Assembly (NCBI GenBank): GCA_024407725.1
Contig: JAKSVZ010000004.1
Coordinates: forward strand, 1 to 32,000
Direction: 5' to 3'
Origin: Opitutales bacterium
GTDB lineage: Bacteria > Verrucomicrobiota > Verrucomicrobiia > Opitutales > UBA9783
DNA length: 32,000 nt
Numbering within the stretch: position 1 is the first letter of the stretch; every line of letters starts with the position of its first letter. Below the pieces are notes generated by a model. It had not been told where the DNA came from. It did no database searches and worked only from the letters and a program-made list of their open reading frames with translations. Position numbers and translations under genes: made by a program. Below are positions 19,668 to 28,453 of the stretch, piece by piece.

Positions 19668-22130
19668 ATGATCATACGGTGCGGGTTTCTCAGACGATAC
19701 ATTCCCCTTACTCAATCAGACGCGTGGATTGCAGAAGCGTTTATTCACCTAGGATTTGAGGTAGAGCAAATGACACCCTGCGGTTATTGTGGCAACGGAC
19801 CCTTGGTGGTTGGACAGGTTTTGGAAAAGAACCCCCATCCGCAAGCCGATCGCTTGAGCGTATGCAAAGTGGACGTCGGTCAAGCAAGCCCATTGCAAAT
19901 TGTCTGTGGCGCACAAAATTTTAAAGCTGGTGATATCGTACCGGTTGCCTTAGTAGGCGCACGATTAGGCGATCGGGTCATGGAAAAGGCTTCGCTGCGG
20001 GGTGTCGATTCCTGCGGTATGATGTGTAGTGCAGACGAATTAGGACTGGCTGAAACGCGCTGCCATGGACTGTTAATTTTAAACGACCGCAATCCTAAGG
20101 TAGGTACGCCCTTAGAAGAACTTTTTGGGAACACACGGGATACCTTGCTCGACTTATCCATTCCTTCCAACCGAGGAGATTGCTTAAGCTATAGTGGATT
20201 AGCACGCGAATTAAGTGCTTTAACGGGCATACCTGTTCAAGAAACACCGGACTTAGGCATTGCTTCCGAAAAAAATTTTTCTCAGGCGCACCTAGCGGAT
20301 CCAAAAACCTTTTTGCATCAATTGCCTCAACAAGCATGGGTAACGCTGGATACGGATGCATGCGATTATTTTTCCGGCTGTTGCATCGAAAATATTACGG
20401 TACAACCAAGTCCCGAAGCGATTCAATCGTTTTTGTTGGCTTCAGGATTGCGCCCCATCAACAACTTGGTGGATGTAACCAATGTGATTCTGTTGGAACA
20501 AGGGCAGCCGTTGCATGCCTTTGATGCCGACCAAGTTCAGGGCAGCCTTCGCGTGCGTTTGGCTCAACCCAATGAATCGTTGCGCTTATTAACTGGAGCA
20601 ACGCAAACCTTAACCCCTCAAACGATGGTGGTAGCCGACGAACATCAAGCCTTGTCGATTGCTGGCGTTATGGGAGGCGAAAGCAGCTGCATTACCGAAC
20701 AAACGAAGCGGATTTTTATCGAATGCGCCCATTTTGACCGCAGCTCTATCCGCAGCACCTCACAAACATTACACCTTAGTAGCGATTCATCCTACCGCTT
20801 TGAACGTTTTGTGGATAAGGAACGTGCAGCATTAGCTTTGGTTCGCGCAATCCAACTGTTATCATTAACTAATCCTAAGTTATCCATAAAGTTTTTTACA
20901 GAAGCGGGACAGGCTCATAACGAAGCCCGAACCTTAACAGTACGTTTGTCGAAAATCGCCAGTGTTTTAGGCGCTTCGGTAGATAGTTCTGCCTTTCAGG
21001 ATGCGTTAAAGCGCTTCCAATTTACCCTCGACTCGGTTAACGGCGATACCTTAACCGTTCGTATTCCATCCTATCGACCGGATGTTACCCAAGAAGTAGA
21101 TTTGGCTGAAGAATGGATACGCTTACAAGGAACCGACACCTTACCTACGCGCTTAACGAACGCATCCGTTTGTACCTTGCAGGATGATCCCATTCATACG
21201 CTGCGTAAACACCATGCAACTCTGCTTACCCATGCTGGGTTTTATGAATGCTATACCGATACGCTACAACCGGAGCAATGGTATGCAGAAACCCTTTCCG
21301 AAGCGCAACACAAAGCGTTGAATTTAGAAAAGCCGTTGAGTGTAGATCACGCTTGCTTACGGTATTCTTTGATTCCGGGGCTGGTTCAGGCGCTGTTCGA
21401 CAACCGGCGTTATGGCAACCCTACTGAGCGGCTATTCGAAACAGGGCACATTTTTAAAACCAACCGCCAAGGATCGGTGTGCGAAGTCTTTGCAACGGCG
21501 TTTGTCGTCATGCCATCCAAAAAACGTTTATGGAATCCTGTTGCCCCGTTCGATTTCTACGCTGCGAAAACATTGGCTCAAAACTTGGTAAGCGCTAGTG
21601 GACATCCTTTCCCCATCGTTTTCCCCGATACACCTGCCTTGTGGCAATCCAAATACAGTTACCGCTTTGGCAACTGGGAACAACAGGGAGTAGAAATAGC
21701 CCTAGGAAATTTGGATTTAGATTTCACACAAAAGTGGTTTAAGGACGATGTAGTGTTAGCCGCTGAGTGTTTATGGCGCATCGACCGTCTCCGCCCCATG
21801 ACCCCCAAAACCTTTCAGGCGTATTACGATGGTTCGATCGTAACAAAAGACCTTGCGCTTTGGGTGCCAACAGAAACCTTGTGCGACACCGTACGGCGTG
21901 ATTTGGTTAAAGCAGCGAAAAAATGCATTAAAAACCCCATCATGCTCCACGATTTAGAGGTATTTGATGTATTCCAAGATCCTCAAAATAACCGTAAAAG
22001 TTTAGCATTTTCCCTGCAATTTGGCACCAATGGTTCGGCATTAACCGATGCGCAGGTACAATCCGTCTTCGATGCCTTGCAGGAACAGATTGAACACAGT
22101 ACGTCTTACCGGATTCGCAAACTCAATTGA
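19668..22130 (+). CDS. pheT: Phenylalanine--tRNA ligase beta subunit
   Basis: It has the N-terminal OB/tRNA-binding region VVGQVLEKNPHPQADRLSVCKVDVG. The central B3/4 and B5 regions and the C-terminal FDX-ACB-like DVFQDPQNNRKSLAFSLQF are also present. At 820 aa the size fits. No pheS is adjacent. Confidence 0.93.
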   Translation: MIIRCGFLRRYIPLTQSDAWIAEAFIHLGFEVEQMTPCGYCGNGPLVVGQVLEKNPHPQADRLSVCKVDVGQASPLQIVCGAQNFKAGDIVPVALVGARLGDRVMEKASLRGVDSCGMMCSADELGLAETRCHGLLILNDRNPKVGTPLEELFGNTRDTLLDLSIPSNRGDCLSYSGLARELSALTGIPVQETPDLGIASEKNFSQAHLADPKTFLHQLPQQAWVTLDTDACDYFSGCCIENITVQPSPEAIQSFLLASGLRPINNLVDVTNVILLEQGQPLHAFDADQVQGSLRVRLAQPNESLRLLTGATQTLTPQTMVVADEHQALSIAGVMGGESSCITEQTKRIFIECAHFDRSSIRSTSQTLHLSSDSSYRFERFVDKERAALALVRAIQLLSLTNPKLSIKFFTEAGQAHNEARTLTVRLSKIASVLGASVDSSAFQDALKRFQFTLDSVNGDTLTVRIPSYRPDVTQEVDLAEEWIRLQGTDTLPTRLTNASVCTLQDDPIHTLRKHHATLLTHAGFYECYTDTLQPEQWYAETLSEAQHKALNLEKPLSVDHACLRYSLIPGLVQALFDNRRYGNPTERLFETGHIFKTNRQGSVCEVFATAFVVMPSKKRLWNPVAPFDFYAAKTLAQNLVSASGHPFPIVFPDTPALWQSKYSYRFGNWEQQGVEIALGNLDLDFTQKWFKDDVVLAAECLWRIDRLRPMTPKTFQAYYDGSIVTKDLALWVPTETLCDTVRRDLVKAAKKCIKNPIMLHDLEVFDVFQDPQNNRKSLAFSLQFGTNGSALTDAQVQSVFDALQEQIEHSTSYRIRKLN

Positions 22131-22191
22131 GCCTTTTAACTTGCACTTTAATAAGCCTTTTTTAATGATGTAAAGCAGCTTAGCATAGGAT

Positions 22192-22464
22192 ATGGACATT
22201 CAAAAATTAGCACGCACGGCGCGCATTCAACTGTCTGAAGAAGAACAAAAACAATTGGCTAAGGATTTAGAGGGGATTGTCTCCTATTGCCAAAAATTAG
22301 AAACGCTCGATGTCGATAAGCTCGAACCGTTGGTACATGTCTTTGAACAACCCGATAATACTTGGGGCGAAGATGTGCCTGATACCGATGGCATCAATAA
22401 TTGTTTGGCACAAAATGCACCCCGTATGGAAGAGGATCAATTGTCAGTGCCAAAAGTGCTATAA
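22192..22464 (+). CDS. gatC: Asp/Glu-tRNA amidotransferase subunit C
   Basis: It is 90 aa with LARTARIQLSEEEQKQL, typical of GatC. It lies immediately upstream of gatA. Confidence 0.9.
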   Translation: MDIQKLARTARIQLSEEEQKQLAKDLEGIVSYCQKLETLDVDKLEPLVHVFEQPDNTWGEDVPDTDGINNCLAQNAPRMEEDQLSVPKVL

Positions 22465-22486
22465 CCTTTGGGGAAAAGAATAAGTT

Positions 22487-23953
22487 ATGGATGATGTTAT
22501 TTTCCAATCGTTGGACGCTCTCATCAACGGATTAAAAACTAAACAATTTTCGTCTGTTGAGCTTACCCAAAGCTATATTCAGCGTACAAAAGCGGTAGAA
22601 CCGAAGGTAGGTGCGTTTTTAAGCTTTGATGAGGACAAAACCCTAAAAGAAGCGCAGGCATCCGATAAACGCCGCGCAGAAGGAACGTTACTCAGTGAGT
22701 TGGATGGAATTCCTATCGGCCTCAAAGATATTTTTGCAGAAAAAGGTCAGCCGTTAACCTGTGCCAGTCGTATTTTAGAACATTTTATTAGCCCTTACGA
22801 TGCAACCTTGGTTCAACACCTAAGGGAGGCAGGAATGGTTTTATGGGGACGATTAAACATGGATGAATTCGCTATGGGTTCGTCCTCGGAACATTCGGCG
22901 TTCAAAATGACCCACAACCCTTGGGATTTAACCCGTATTCCTGGGGGAAGCAGCTCAGGAAGCGCAGCGGCAGTTGCATCCGGCGAAGTACCGCTTGCAT
23001 TGGGAACCGACACAGGAGGTTCCATCCGCCAACCCGCAGCGTTGTGCGGCGTGGTAGGCATTAAACCTAGTTATGGGCGTATCAGCCGTTACGGAATGGT
23101 AGCGTTTGCTAGCTCATTGGATCAAGCGGGGGTCTTTGCTCGAACGGTATCCGGTGCAGCCCGTATCCTATCGATTTTGTGCGGTGCAGATCCCAAAGAT
23201 GCAACCAGTGCGCGCAAACCTGTCCCCAATTTTTTAGCCGATATGCAGGCAAACAAAGGCAAACAATGGACTTTGGGGGTTTCGGATGCCTACTTTCAGG
23301 AAGGATTAAATCCAGAAATACGGCAGTCTGTAGAGCAAGCGATTGAATTCTATAAAAGCTTAGGGTATCGCATCGTTCCTATTCAATTAAAGACCTTAGA
23401 TTACGCCATTCCGGTTTACTACGTCATTGCTTCAGCAGAAGCTTCTTCGAACCTAGCGCGTTTTGATGGCATCCGCTATGGTTATCGTAGCCCCAAAGCG
23501 CAAACGATTGATCAGGTGTTCGAGTATTCGCGCGGCGAAGGACTAGGACCTGAGGTAAAGCGACGCATTTTATTGGGATTGCACGTTCTCAGCAGCGGAA
23601 AGTATGACGCTTATTATTACGATAAGGCTCAAAAAGTACGCCGCTTGATTTACAACGATTTCATGGATGCCTTTAAACAGGTCGATGCTATTTTAGCTCC
23701 AACCACTCCGGTTCCTGCTAACAAGCAAGGGGAAAAGGATACGCCGTTAGCCATGTATTTAAGCGATATCTATACAGTTTCGGTTAACTTAGCAGGTTTG
23801 CCCGGTATGTCCATCCCGTGTGGATTTACCCAAAACACTTTGCCGATTGGAATGCAGCTGATTGGTAAGCCCTTTGAAGAAAGCACCTTGTTATCGATTG
23901 CAGAAGCCTTTGAGGCAGGACACGATTACAGCAGCCGTTACCCATCGCTTTAG
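22487..23953 (+). CDS. gatA: Asp/Glu-tRNA amidotransferase subunit A
   Basis: The amidase signature is GGSSSGSAAAVASG ... GTDTGGSIRQPAA. It sits in gatC-gatA-gatB context. Confidence 0.95.
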   Translation: MDDVIFQSLDALINGLKTKQFSSVELTQSYIQRTKAVEPKVGAFLSFDEDKTLKEAQASDKRRAEGTLLSELDGIPIGLKDIFAEKGQPLTCASRILEHFISPYDATLVQHLREAGMVLWGRLNMDEFAMGSSSEHSAFKMTHNPWDLTRIPGGSSSGSAAAVASGEVPLALGTDTGGSIRQPAALCGVVGIKPSYGRISRYGMVAFASSLDQAGVFARTVSGAARILSILCGADPKDATSARKPVPNFLADMQANKGKQWTLGVSDAYFQEGLNPEIRQSVEQAIEFYKSLGYRIVPIQLKTLDYAIPVYYVIASAEASSNLARFDGIRYGYRSPKAQTIDQVFEYSRGEGLGPEVKRRILLGLHVLSSGKYDAYYYDKAQKVRRLIYNDFMDAFKQVDAILAPTTPVPANKQGEKDTPLAMYLSDIYTVSVNLAGLPGMSIPCGFTQNTLPIGMQLIGKPFEESTLLSIAEAFEAGHDYSSRYPSL

Positions 23954-24046
23954 AATCTATAAAATGCGTTGGATACTATTAAACTATTTAAGTTGTCTTT
24001 TAGTGCAATCCTCCTTGTACTGATGGTAGATTAAGGAATTGCTCCT

Positions 24047-25495
24047 ATGACACAGTATGAAGCCGTTATTGGGCTTGAAGTCCACGTTCAATTAAAGACC
24101 AAAACAAAGCTATTTACGCGGGTTCCTTACCACTATGGTGAAGCCCCCAATACGCTTTTGAATGAAGTGGTGCTGGGGCTCCCAGGAACCCTCCCTGTAC
24201 TGAATAAAGGTGCCATATTAAAAGCGGTAGCTGCCGGCCATGTATTCGGTTGCAAAATTGCCCATCAGTGCAAATGGGACCGCAAAAATTATTTTTATCC
24301 CGATGCGCCTAAAAACTATCAAATTTCCCAGTTAGATCAGCCCTTATGCGCTGGCGGACAGGTAGAAATTGAATTGGTAGGACCTGCGCGCAACATTCAA
24401 GGCGAACATCGCAAGGTTGCCCTTAACCGTATTCATTTAGAGGAAGACGTAGGGAAATTAACCCATGGCGCCAACGAAACCTGCATCGATTTTAACCGTG
24501 CGGGTACGCCCCTGATAGAAATTGTCTCCGAACCCGATATGCATTCGCCTGAAGAAGCGTTTGCTTACCTCAAATCCTTGGAAATGCATTTGCGCTACAT
24601 AGGTGCATCGGATTGCGATATGGAAAAAGGGCAAATGCGCTGCGACGCCAATGTGAGTATTCGACCCGTCGGGTCTACCCAATTGGGAACCAAGGTGGAA
24701 TTGAAAAACCTTAACTCTATTTCGGGTGTATGCAGCGGTATTCGTTATGAAATCCAACGACAAATAGAGGTTTTAGAGTCGAATGGTCACATTGAGCAAG
24801 AAACCCGTCGGTGGGATGCTGAAAAGCAAGTCAGTACCTCCATGCGTTCCAAGGAAGATGCACATGATTACCGTTACTTTACCGATCCGGATCTGTTTCC
24901 GATTACCTTATCCGATGAAGTCATTCAAGCTCAACGCGATCAATTGCCTGAGTTGCCGTTTGCGAAGCAGGAACGCTATCAGCAGGAACTGAAGTTGCCC
25001 TATACGCTTACGTCGGTACTCTGCCCCGATTGCTTCCTCAGCAACTTTTTCGATCAAACCCATGCGCTTTATCCTAAAAATCCATTAGCCATTGCTAATT
25101 GGATCGCCAATGACCTATTGCGGGAAATGGCAGGAAAGCCTTGGAGTGAATTGAAGATAACACCTCCTATGCTCGCTGAACTGGTTCAGTTGATAGATGG
25201 GCAGGTACTCTCCAAGCAAAACGCTAAGGATGTATTTGTTGAAATGATCCAAAGCGGCTTATCGGCAAAACAGATTGTTCAGGATAAGGGCTTGGAAATG
25301 AAAGTGGATATCGAAGCTTTGAAGGCTGTGTGCCAAGAAGTCATCAACGCATTCCCGCAACCCGTTGCTGAATACCGTTCGGGTAAAGAAAAAGCAATCA
25401 ATGTCCTTAAAGGACAAATCATGAAACGTACCCAAGGTAAAGCTCCTATCGACCTCATCAATCAGCTGTTGATTGAGTGCCTCAATAACAACTAA
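24047..25495 (+). CDS. gatB: Asp/Glu-tRNA amidotransferase subunit B
   Basis: Signatures are VIGLEVHVQLKT, NRAGTPLIEIVSEPD and a C-terminal YqeY-like tail. It is 482 aa. Confidence 0.95.
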   Translation: MTQYEAVIGLEVHVQLKTKTKLFTRVPYHYGEAPNTLLNEVVLGLPGTLPVLNKGAILKAVAAGHVFGCKIAHQCKWDRKNYFYPDAPKNYQISQLDQPLCAGGQVEIELVGPARNIQGEHRKVALNRIHLEEDVGKLTHGANETCIDFNRAGTPLIEIVSEPDMHSPEEAFAYLKSLEMHLRYIGASDCDMEKGQMRCDANVSIRPVGSTQLGTKVELKNLNSISGVCSGIRYEIQRQIEVLESNGHIEQETRRWDAEKQVSTSMRSKEDAHDYRYFTDPDLFPITLSDEVIQAQRDQLPELPFAKQERYQQELKLPYTLTSVLCPDCFLSNFFDQTHALYPKNPLAIANWIANDLLREMAGKPWSELKITPPMLAELVQLIDGQVLSKQNAKDVFVEMIQSGLSAKQIVQDKGLEMKVDIEALKAVCQEVINAFPQPVAEYRSGKEKAINVLKGQIMKRTQGKAPIDLINQLLIECLNNN

Positions 25496-25582
25496 CTGGG
25501 GTTTCTGTAAGCTAATAGGGTTATTATTTCCCCTCTATATTATAGGAACTTAACCTCTTCCCTACGAACCGTCCCTATAAAT

Positions 25583-25613
25583 AAAAAAACCGGATACTTA
25601 AAAAAGTATCCGG
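25583..25613 (-). terminator. Rho-independent terminator downstream of the 334-aa secreted protein gene (hairpin shared with convergent gatB)
   Basis: The minus-sense sequence is CCGGATACT-ttttta-AGTATCCGG followed by TTTTTTT. In the plus direction there is no T-tract, so termination of gatB here would be weaker. Confidence 0.8.
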
Positions 25614-25638
25614 CGAGTCAATAAGTTGTTAACGCTTA

Positions 25639-26643
25639 TTATTTGTCGAATGTGTTCTGAAAAGTCTGGAACAATCCGCGATGATGCTTGGTTGCTTTTG
25701 GAGCAACTGTTTGTTTTACAACAACAGGCTTTTCAACAACTTGTACGGGTTGAGCTTTTTTCTCAGGAACCGTTACGTTCTGTTGCATCGTAATATTGAT
25801 CTCTTTTTTGTGAACGATCGGCTTTGGTTGTTGTTTGCAGCAGCATTCATTATCAGATGCGGCAAAATATTCCTCATCATCAAAGATGGAAGCAACTTTC
25901 CAATTCAAATCTTCGCAAGGAAACAACTGAGTCACTTCATTCGTGACGAATTGCGAATTAACCCGCATAGGACCGATTAACTTTACGTTTACAATCTTGT
26001 CTTCCATGATGTCATAGGTCAGTTCGAATGAAGCCAAGAAGTTACGATAACGACGGGTCTTATAAGCATTTTGCTCATAGGTTAATGTAACCTTCAGGAT
26101 TTGGATATCGTTGGAAATCTCATGCAAAGCGTAGGGATTATCCGTTGTAAAGTTGATGGTGGTAATACCACGGTTGTCATTACGATCGGTATATTCGCGA
26201 ATAGCATCAACGGTCTCATCGAGCAAAATCTCACGCATGAATTCTTCGGTTGCAATATGCTTGAAGAAAGAAGCGATGCGGATCTTTCTGGCTTCAGACA
26301 TAGTCTGATCGAAATAGCCTGCGAGGATGTTATCGATATCTGAAAAATGAGCGACGCGCTTATCTTCTAACGACAATGAACGGTTGCTTAATCCAAAACC
26401 ACCGAAGGTTTCTTGAACAAACAAATGAAGATAAGAATCTTCTGCGTTATCCCGTAAATCAACCCGACCAATCTTTTCATAAGCAGTAGGGATGGTAGCT
26501 CCACCGTTTTGGGTTAAGTGCTGCACTACACGATAAGCATCGGGATAATTGCAGCTGGCTTCACAACAACCATAATAATTGCCTGCAAATACGCTGCTGG
26601 TTGCGAGCGTAGAGGCTAAAGTTAATAAATGATAAGTTTTCAT
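25639..26643 (-). CDS. Hypothetical secreted/envelope protein with Cys clusters (334 aa), no family recognised
   Basis: It has a signal peptide MKTYHLLTLASTLATSSVFA|GN and Cys clusters GCCEASC and ECCCKQQ. A Pro/Val/Lys/Gln-rich linker is followed by the C-terminal KHHRGLFQTFQNTFDK. It has its own terminator and candidate promoter. Confidence 0.7.
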   Translation of the reverse strand: MKTYHLLTLASTLATSSVFAGNYYGCCEASCNYPDAYRVVQHLTQNGGATIPTAYEKIGRVDLRDNAEDSYLHLFVQETFGGFGLSNRSLSLEDKRVAHFSDIDNILAGYFDQTMSEARKIRIASFFKHIATEEFMREILLDETVDAIREYTDRNDNRGITTINFTTDNPYALHEISNDIQILKVTLTYEQNAYKTRRYRNFLASFELTYDIMEDKIVNVKLIGPMRVNSQFVTNEVTQLFPCEDLNWKVASIFDDEEYFAASDNECCCKQQPKPIVHKKEINITMQQNVTVPEKKAQPVQVVEKPVVVKQTVAPKATKHHRGLFQTFQNTFDK

Positions 26644-26716
26644 AAAGCTAAATGTTAGACGTATTTTTTCTAAAAATTCAAGTATTTTTTAACAACAAGC
26701 AATGGATGAAAATAGC

Positions 26717-26962
26717 TTATTTTTTATTTTTCCACTGGTCTTCGTATTTCTGCAACAGACCATGTCCATTAACACGATGTCCTTTTCTAGCGGGTTTAAC
26801 ATTCTCTTCTTGTTCAGAATCCGCTTTTTCTACTTTTGCCTCTTGTTTGGCTACGCATTTTGTTCCTTCGGGGCAATTAGCTTTACATTCCTGTACTTTA
26901 TCTGCAAACACGCTGCTAGACAAAAGGGTTGATATCAATGTTAATACGTGAATCTTCTTCAT
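26717..26962 (-). CDS. Small secreted protein (81 aa), mini-paralog of the adjacent 334-aa protein
   Basis: Its signal peptide MKKIHVLTLISTLLSSSVFA|DK is nearly the same as the neighbour's. It shares the C-x-A-x-C motif (CKANC vs CEASC) and a C-terminal KGHR..GLLQKYEDQWK motif (vs KHHRGLFQTFQNTFDK). These features favour it over the two overlapping plus-strand ORFs. Confidence 0.55.
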   Translation of the reverse strand: MKKIHVLTLISTLLSSSVFADKVQECKANCPEGTKCVAKQEAKVEKADSEQEENVKPARKGHRVNGHGLLQKYEDQWKNKK

Positions 26963-26986
26963 ATTTTAATAATAATTCCTTGTAAT

Positions 26987-27029
26987 AAAAAAAGCAATTT
27001 ATCCTCCTGTTTCAAAAAAAGCAATTCAT
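26987..27029. repeat. 16-bp direct repeat AAAAAAAGCAATT(T/C)AT x2 with 27-bp period in a divergent intergenic region
   Basis: 26987..27002 (aaaaaaagcaatttat) and 27014..27029 (aaaaaaagcaattcat) are 15/16 identical. Confidence 0.7.
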
Positions 27030-27073
27030 TTTTACCACTTGCTCCTCATCGGCTTTTCCCCTACAAGGGATGT

Positions 27074-28453
27074 ATGACTTTACCTTCTGTGTTATTATTG
27101 GGACGTACCAATGTTGGGAAAAGTACATTATTTAATCGCATCAGTCGTTCACGAACCGCTGTTGTTTATAATCAACCGGGAGTAACGCGCGATTTACTAA
27201 CCGCAACCATTGATGGATGCTTTACCCTAGTAGACAGCGGAGGATTGTTCAACCCATCGGATGGCTTTACTCCAGCCATTGAAGCACAGGTTCAGCGCGC
27301 ATTAACCAGCGCTGCCGTTATCGTTTGGGTTTTGGATGGACGGCATGGATTAGACTCAGACGAACTTACTTTGGCTCATATGTTACGTAAACTCCAGAAG
27401 CCGGTTATTTTGGCAGTCAATAAATTGGATACAGAATCAGATGAAGCCAATAAGGGGGAATTTTATCGCTTGGGCTTTGAACCAGTTATCGCCATTTCAG
27501 CAGAGCATAACCGCGGCATCGATGAACTCAAGCAAGCCATTCTGCAGGTATTGCCCGAAGGAACAACCGATCCCCTGCCCACTGTACCGACCGCTCCGAT
27601 TCGTTTTGCTTTGGTGGGACGACCCAATGTTGGCAAATCATCCTTAACCAATGCCTTGTTGAAGGAAGAGCGGGTATTGGTAAGCAACCTAGCAGGTACC
27701 ACACGGGACGCCATCGAATGCCCTTTTCAATGGAGTTTTAAAAGCGGTGAAATGGCCCCATTTGTACTGGTAGACACAGCCGGTATTCGTAAAAAACAAA
27801 CTGATTCGCTGGAATTTTACGCCTCCCTTCGCACGCAAAACGCATTAAAATCGGTTGATATAGCGGTAATTCTGTTGGACGCGGTTACAGGGCCAACCTT
27901 GCTCGACAAAGCACTCATCAACGAAGTTGCCTCCTTGGGTAAAGGCTGCATTATTGGGGTTAACAAATGGGATATTGCTCAACAGCACATCAAGGAAGAC
28001 GGTAGCCAATCGATCGAAGCGTTTCAGCAGGAATTTACAGAAGCGCTCAAACGAGCCTGTCCGTTTATGGACGCCCCCATTTGCTTTTTTTCCGCCCAAA
28101 CACGCGAAGGGTTAGAACCCTTGCTGTTGCAGCTAAAAGCCTTATATGAACGGCTCCACACACCGATTACCACCGGTGCTTTAAACCGTTGCTTGCAAAA
28201 ATCCCAGCAAATACAACCGCCTCCCTTGGTACAAGGTAAACGCTTTAAGCTTTATTACGCCGTACAAAAACAACAACTACCGTTAACGTTTAAAGTTTTT
28301 TGCAACCGATGCGCTTGGATGCCGCCCACCTACGAACGCTTTTTGGAAAACACGCTGCGCGAACAATTTTTATTAAGCGGTTGTCCGATTGCTTGGGAGT
28401 GGGTAGAAAAGCAACCTCATGAGCAGCGCAATACGGAGCGTCGGTATGACTGA
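27074..28453 (+). CDS. der: Ribosome-associated GTPase Der (EngA)
   Basis: It has tandem GTPase domains (GRTNVGKSTLFNR..NKLD, then GRPNVGKSSLTNA..DTAG..NKWD) plus a KH-like C-terminus. The ORF opens at 26948, but its first 42 codons overlap the divergent 81-aa gene and look non-protein-like. MTLPSVLLLGRTNVGKS at 27074 is the canonical Der N-terminus. Confidence 0.9.
   Translation: MTLPSVLLLGRTNVGKSTLFNRISRSRTAVVYNQPGVTRDLLTATIDGCFTLVDSGGLFNPSDGFTPAIEAQVQRALTSAAVIVWVLDGRHGLDSDELTLAHMLRKLQKPVILAVNKLDTESDEANKGEFYRLGFEPVIAISAEHNRGIDELKQAILQVLPEGTTDPLPTVPTAPIRFALVGRPNVGKSSLTNALLKEERVLVSNLAGTTRDAIECPFQWSFKSGEMAPFVLVDTAGIRKKQTDSLEFYASLRTQNALKSVDIAVILLDAVTGPTLLDKALINEVASLGKGCIIGVNKWDIAQQHIKEDGSQSIEAFQQEFTEALKRACPFMDAPICFFSAQTREGLEPLLLQLKALYERLHTPITTGALNRCLQKSQQIQPPPLVQGKRFKLYYAVQKQQLPLTFKVFCNRCAWMPPTYERFLENTLREQFLLSGCPIAWEWVEKQPHEQRNTERRYD

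Noticed and set aside
26652-26951. Plus-strand ORFs of 99 aa and 76 aa overlapping the 81-aa minus-strand ORF
   Set aside because: The minus-strand reading gives a textbook signal peptide and shares three motifs with the adjacent 334-aa protein. The plus-strand translations are Phe/Leu/Ser-rich with no recognisable features. The call remains only moderately confident.
26948-27073. 42-codon N-terminal extension of der in the ORF track (MNLLHILIIIPCNKKSNLSS...)
   Set aside because: The extension overlaps the divergent gene's start and the AT-rich promoter region. The canonical Der N-terminus, with the G1 P-loop a few residues in, begins at ATG 27074.
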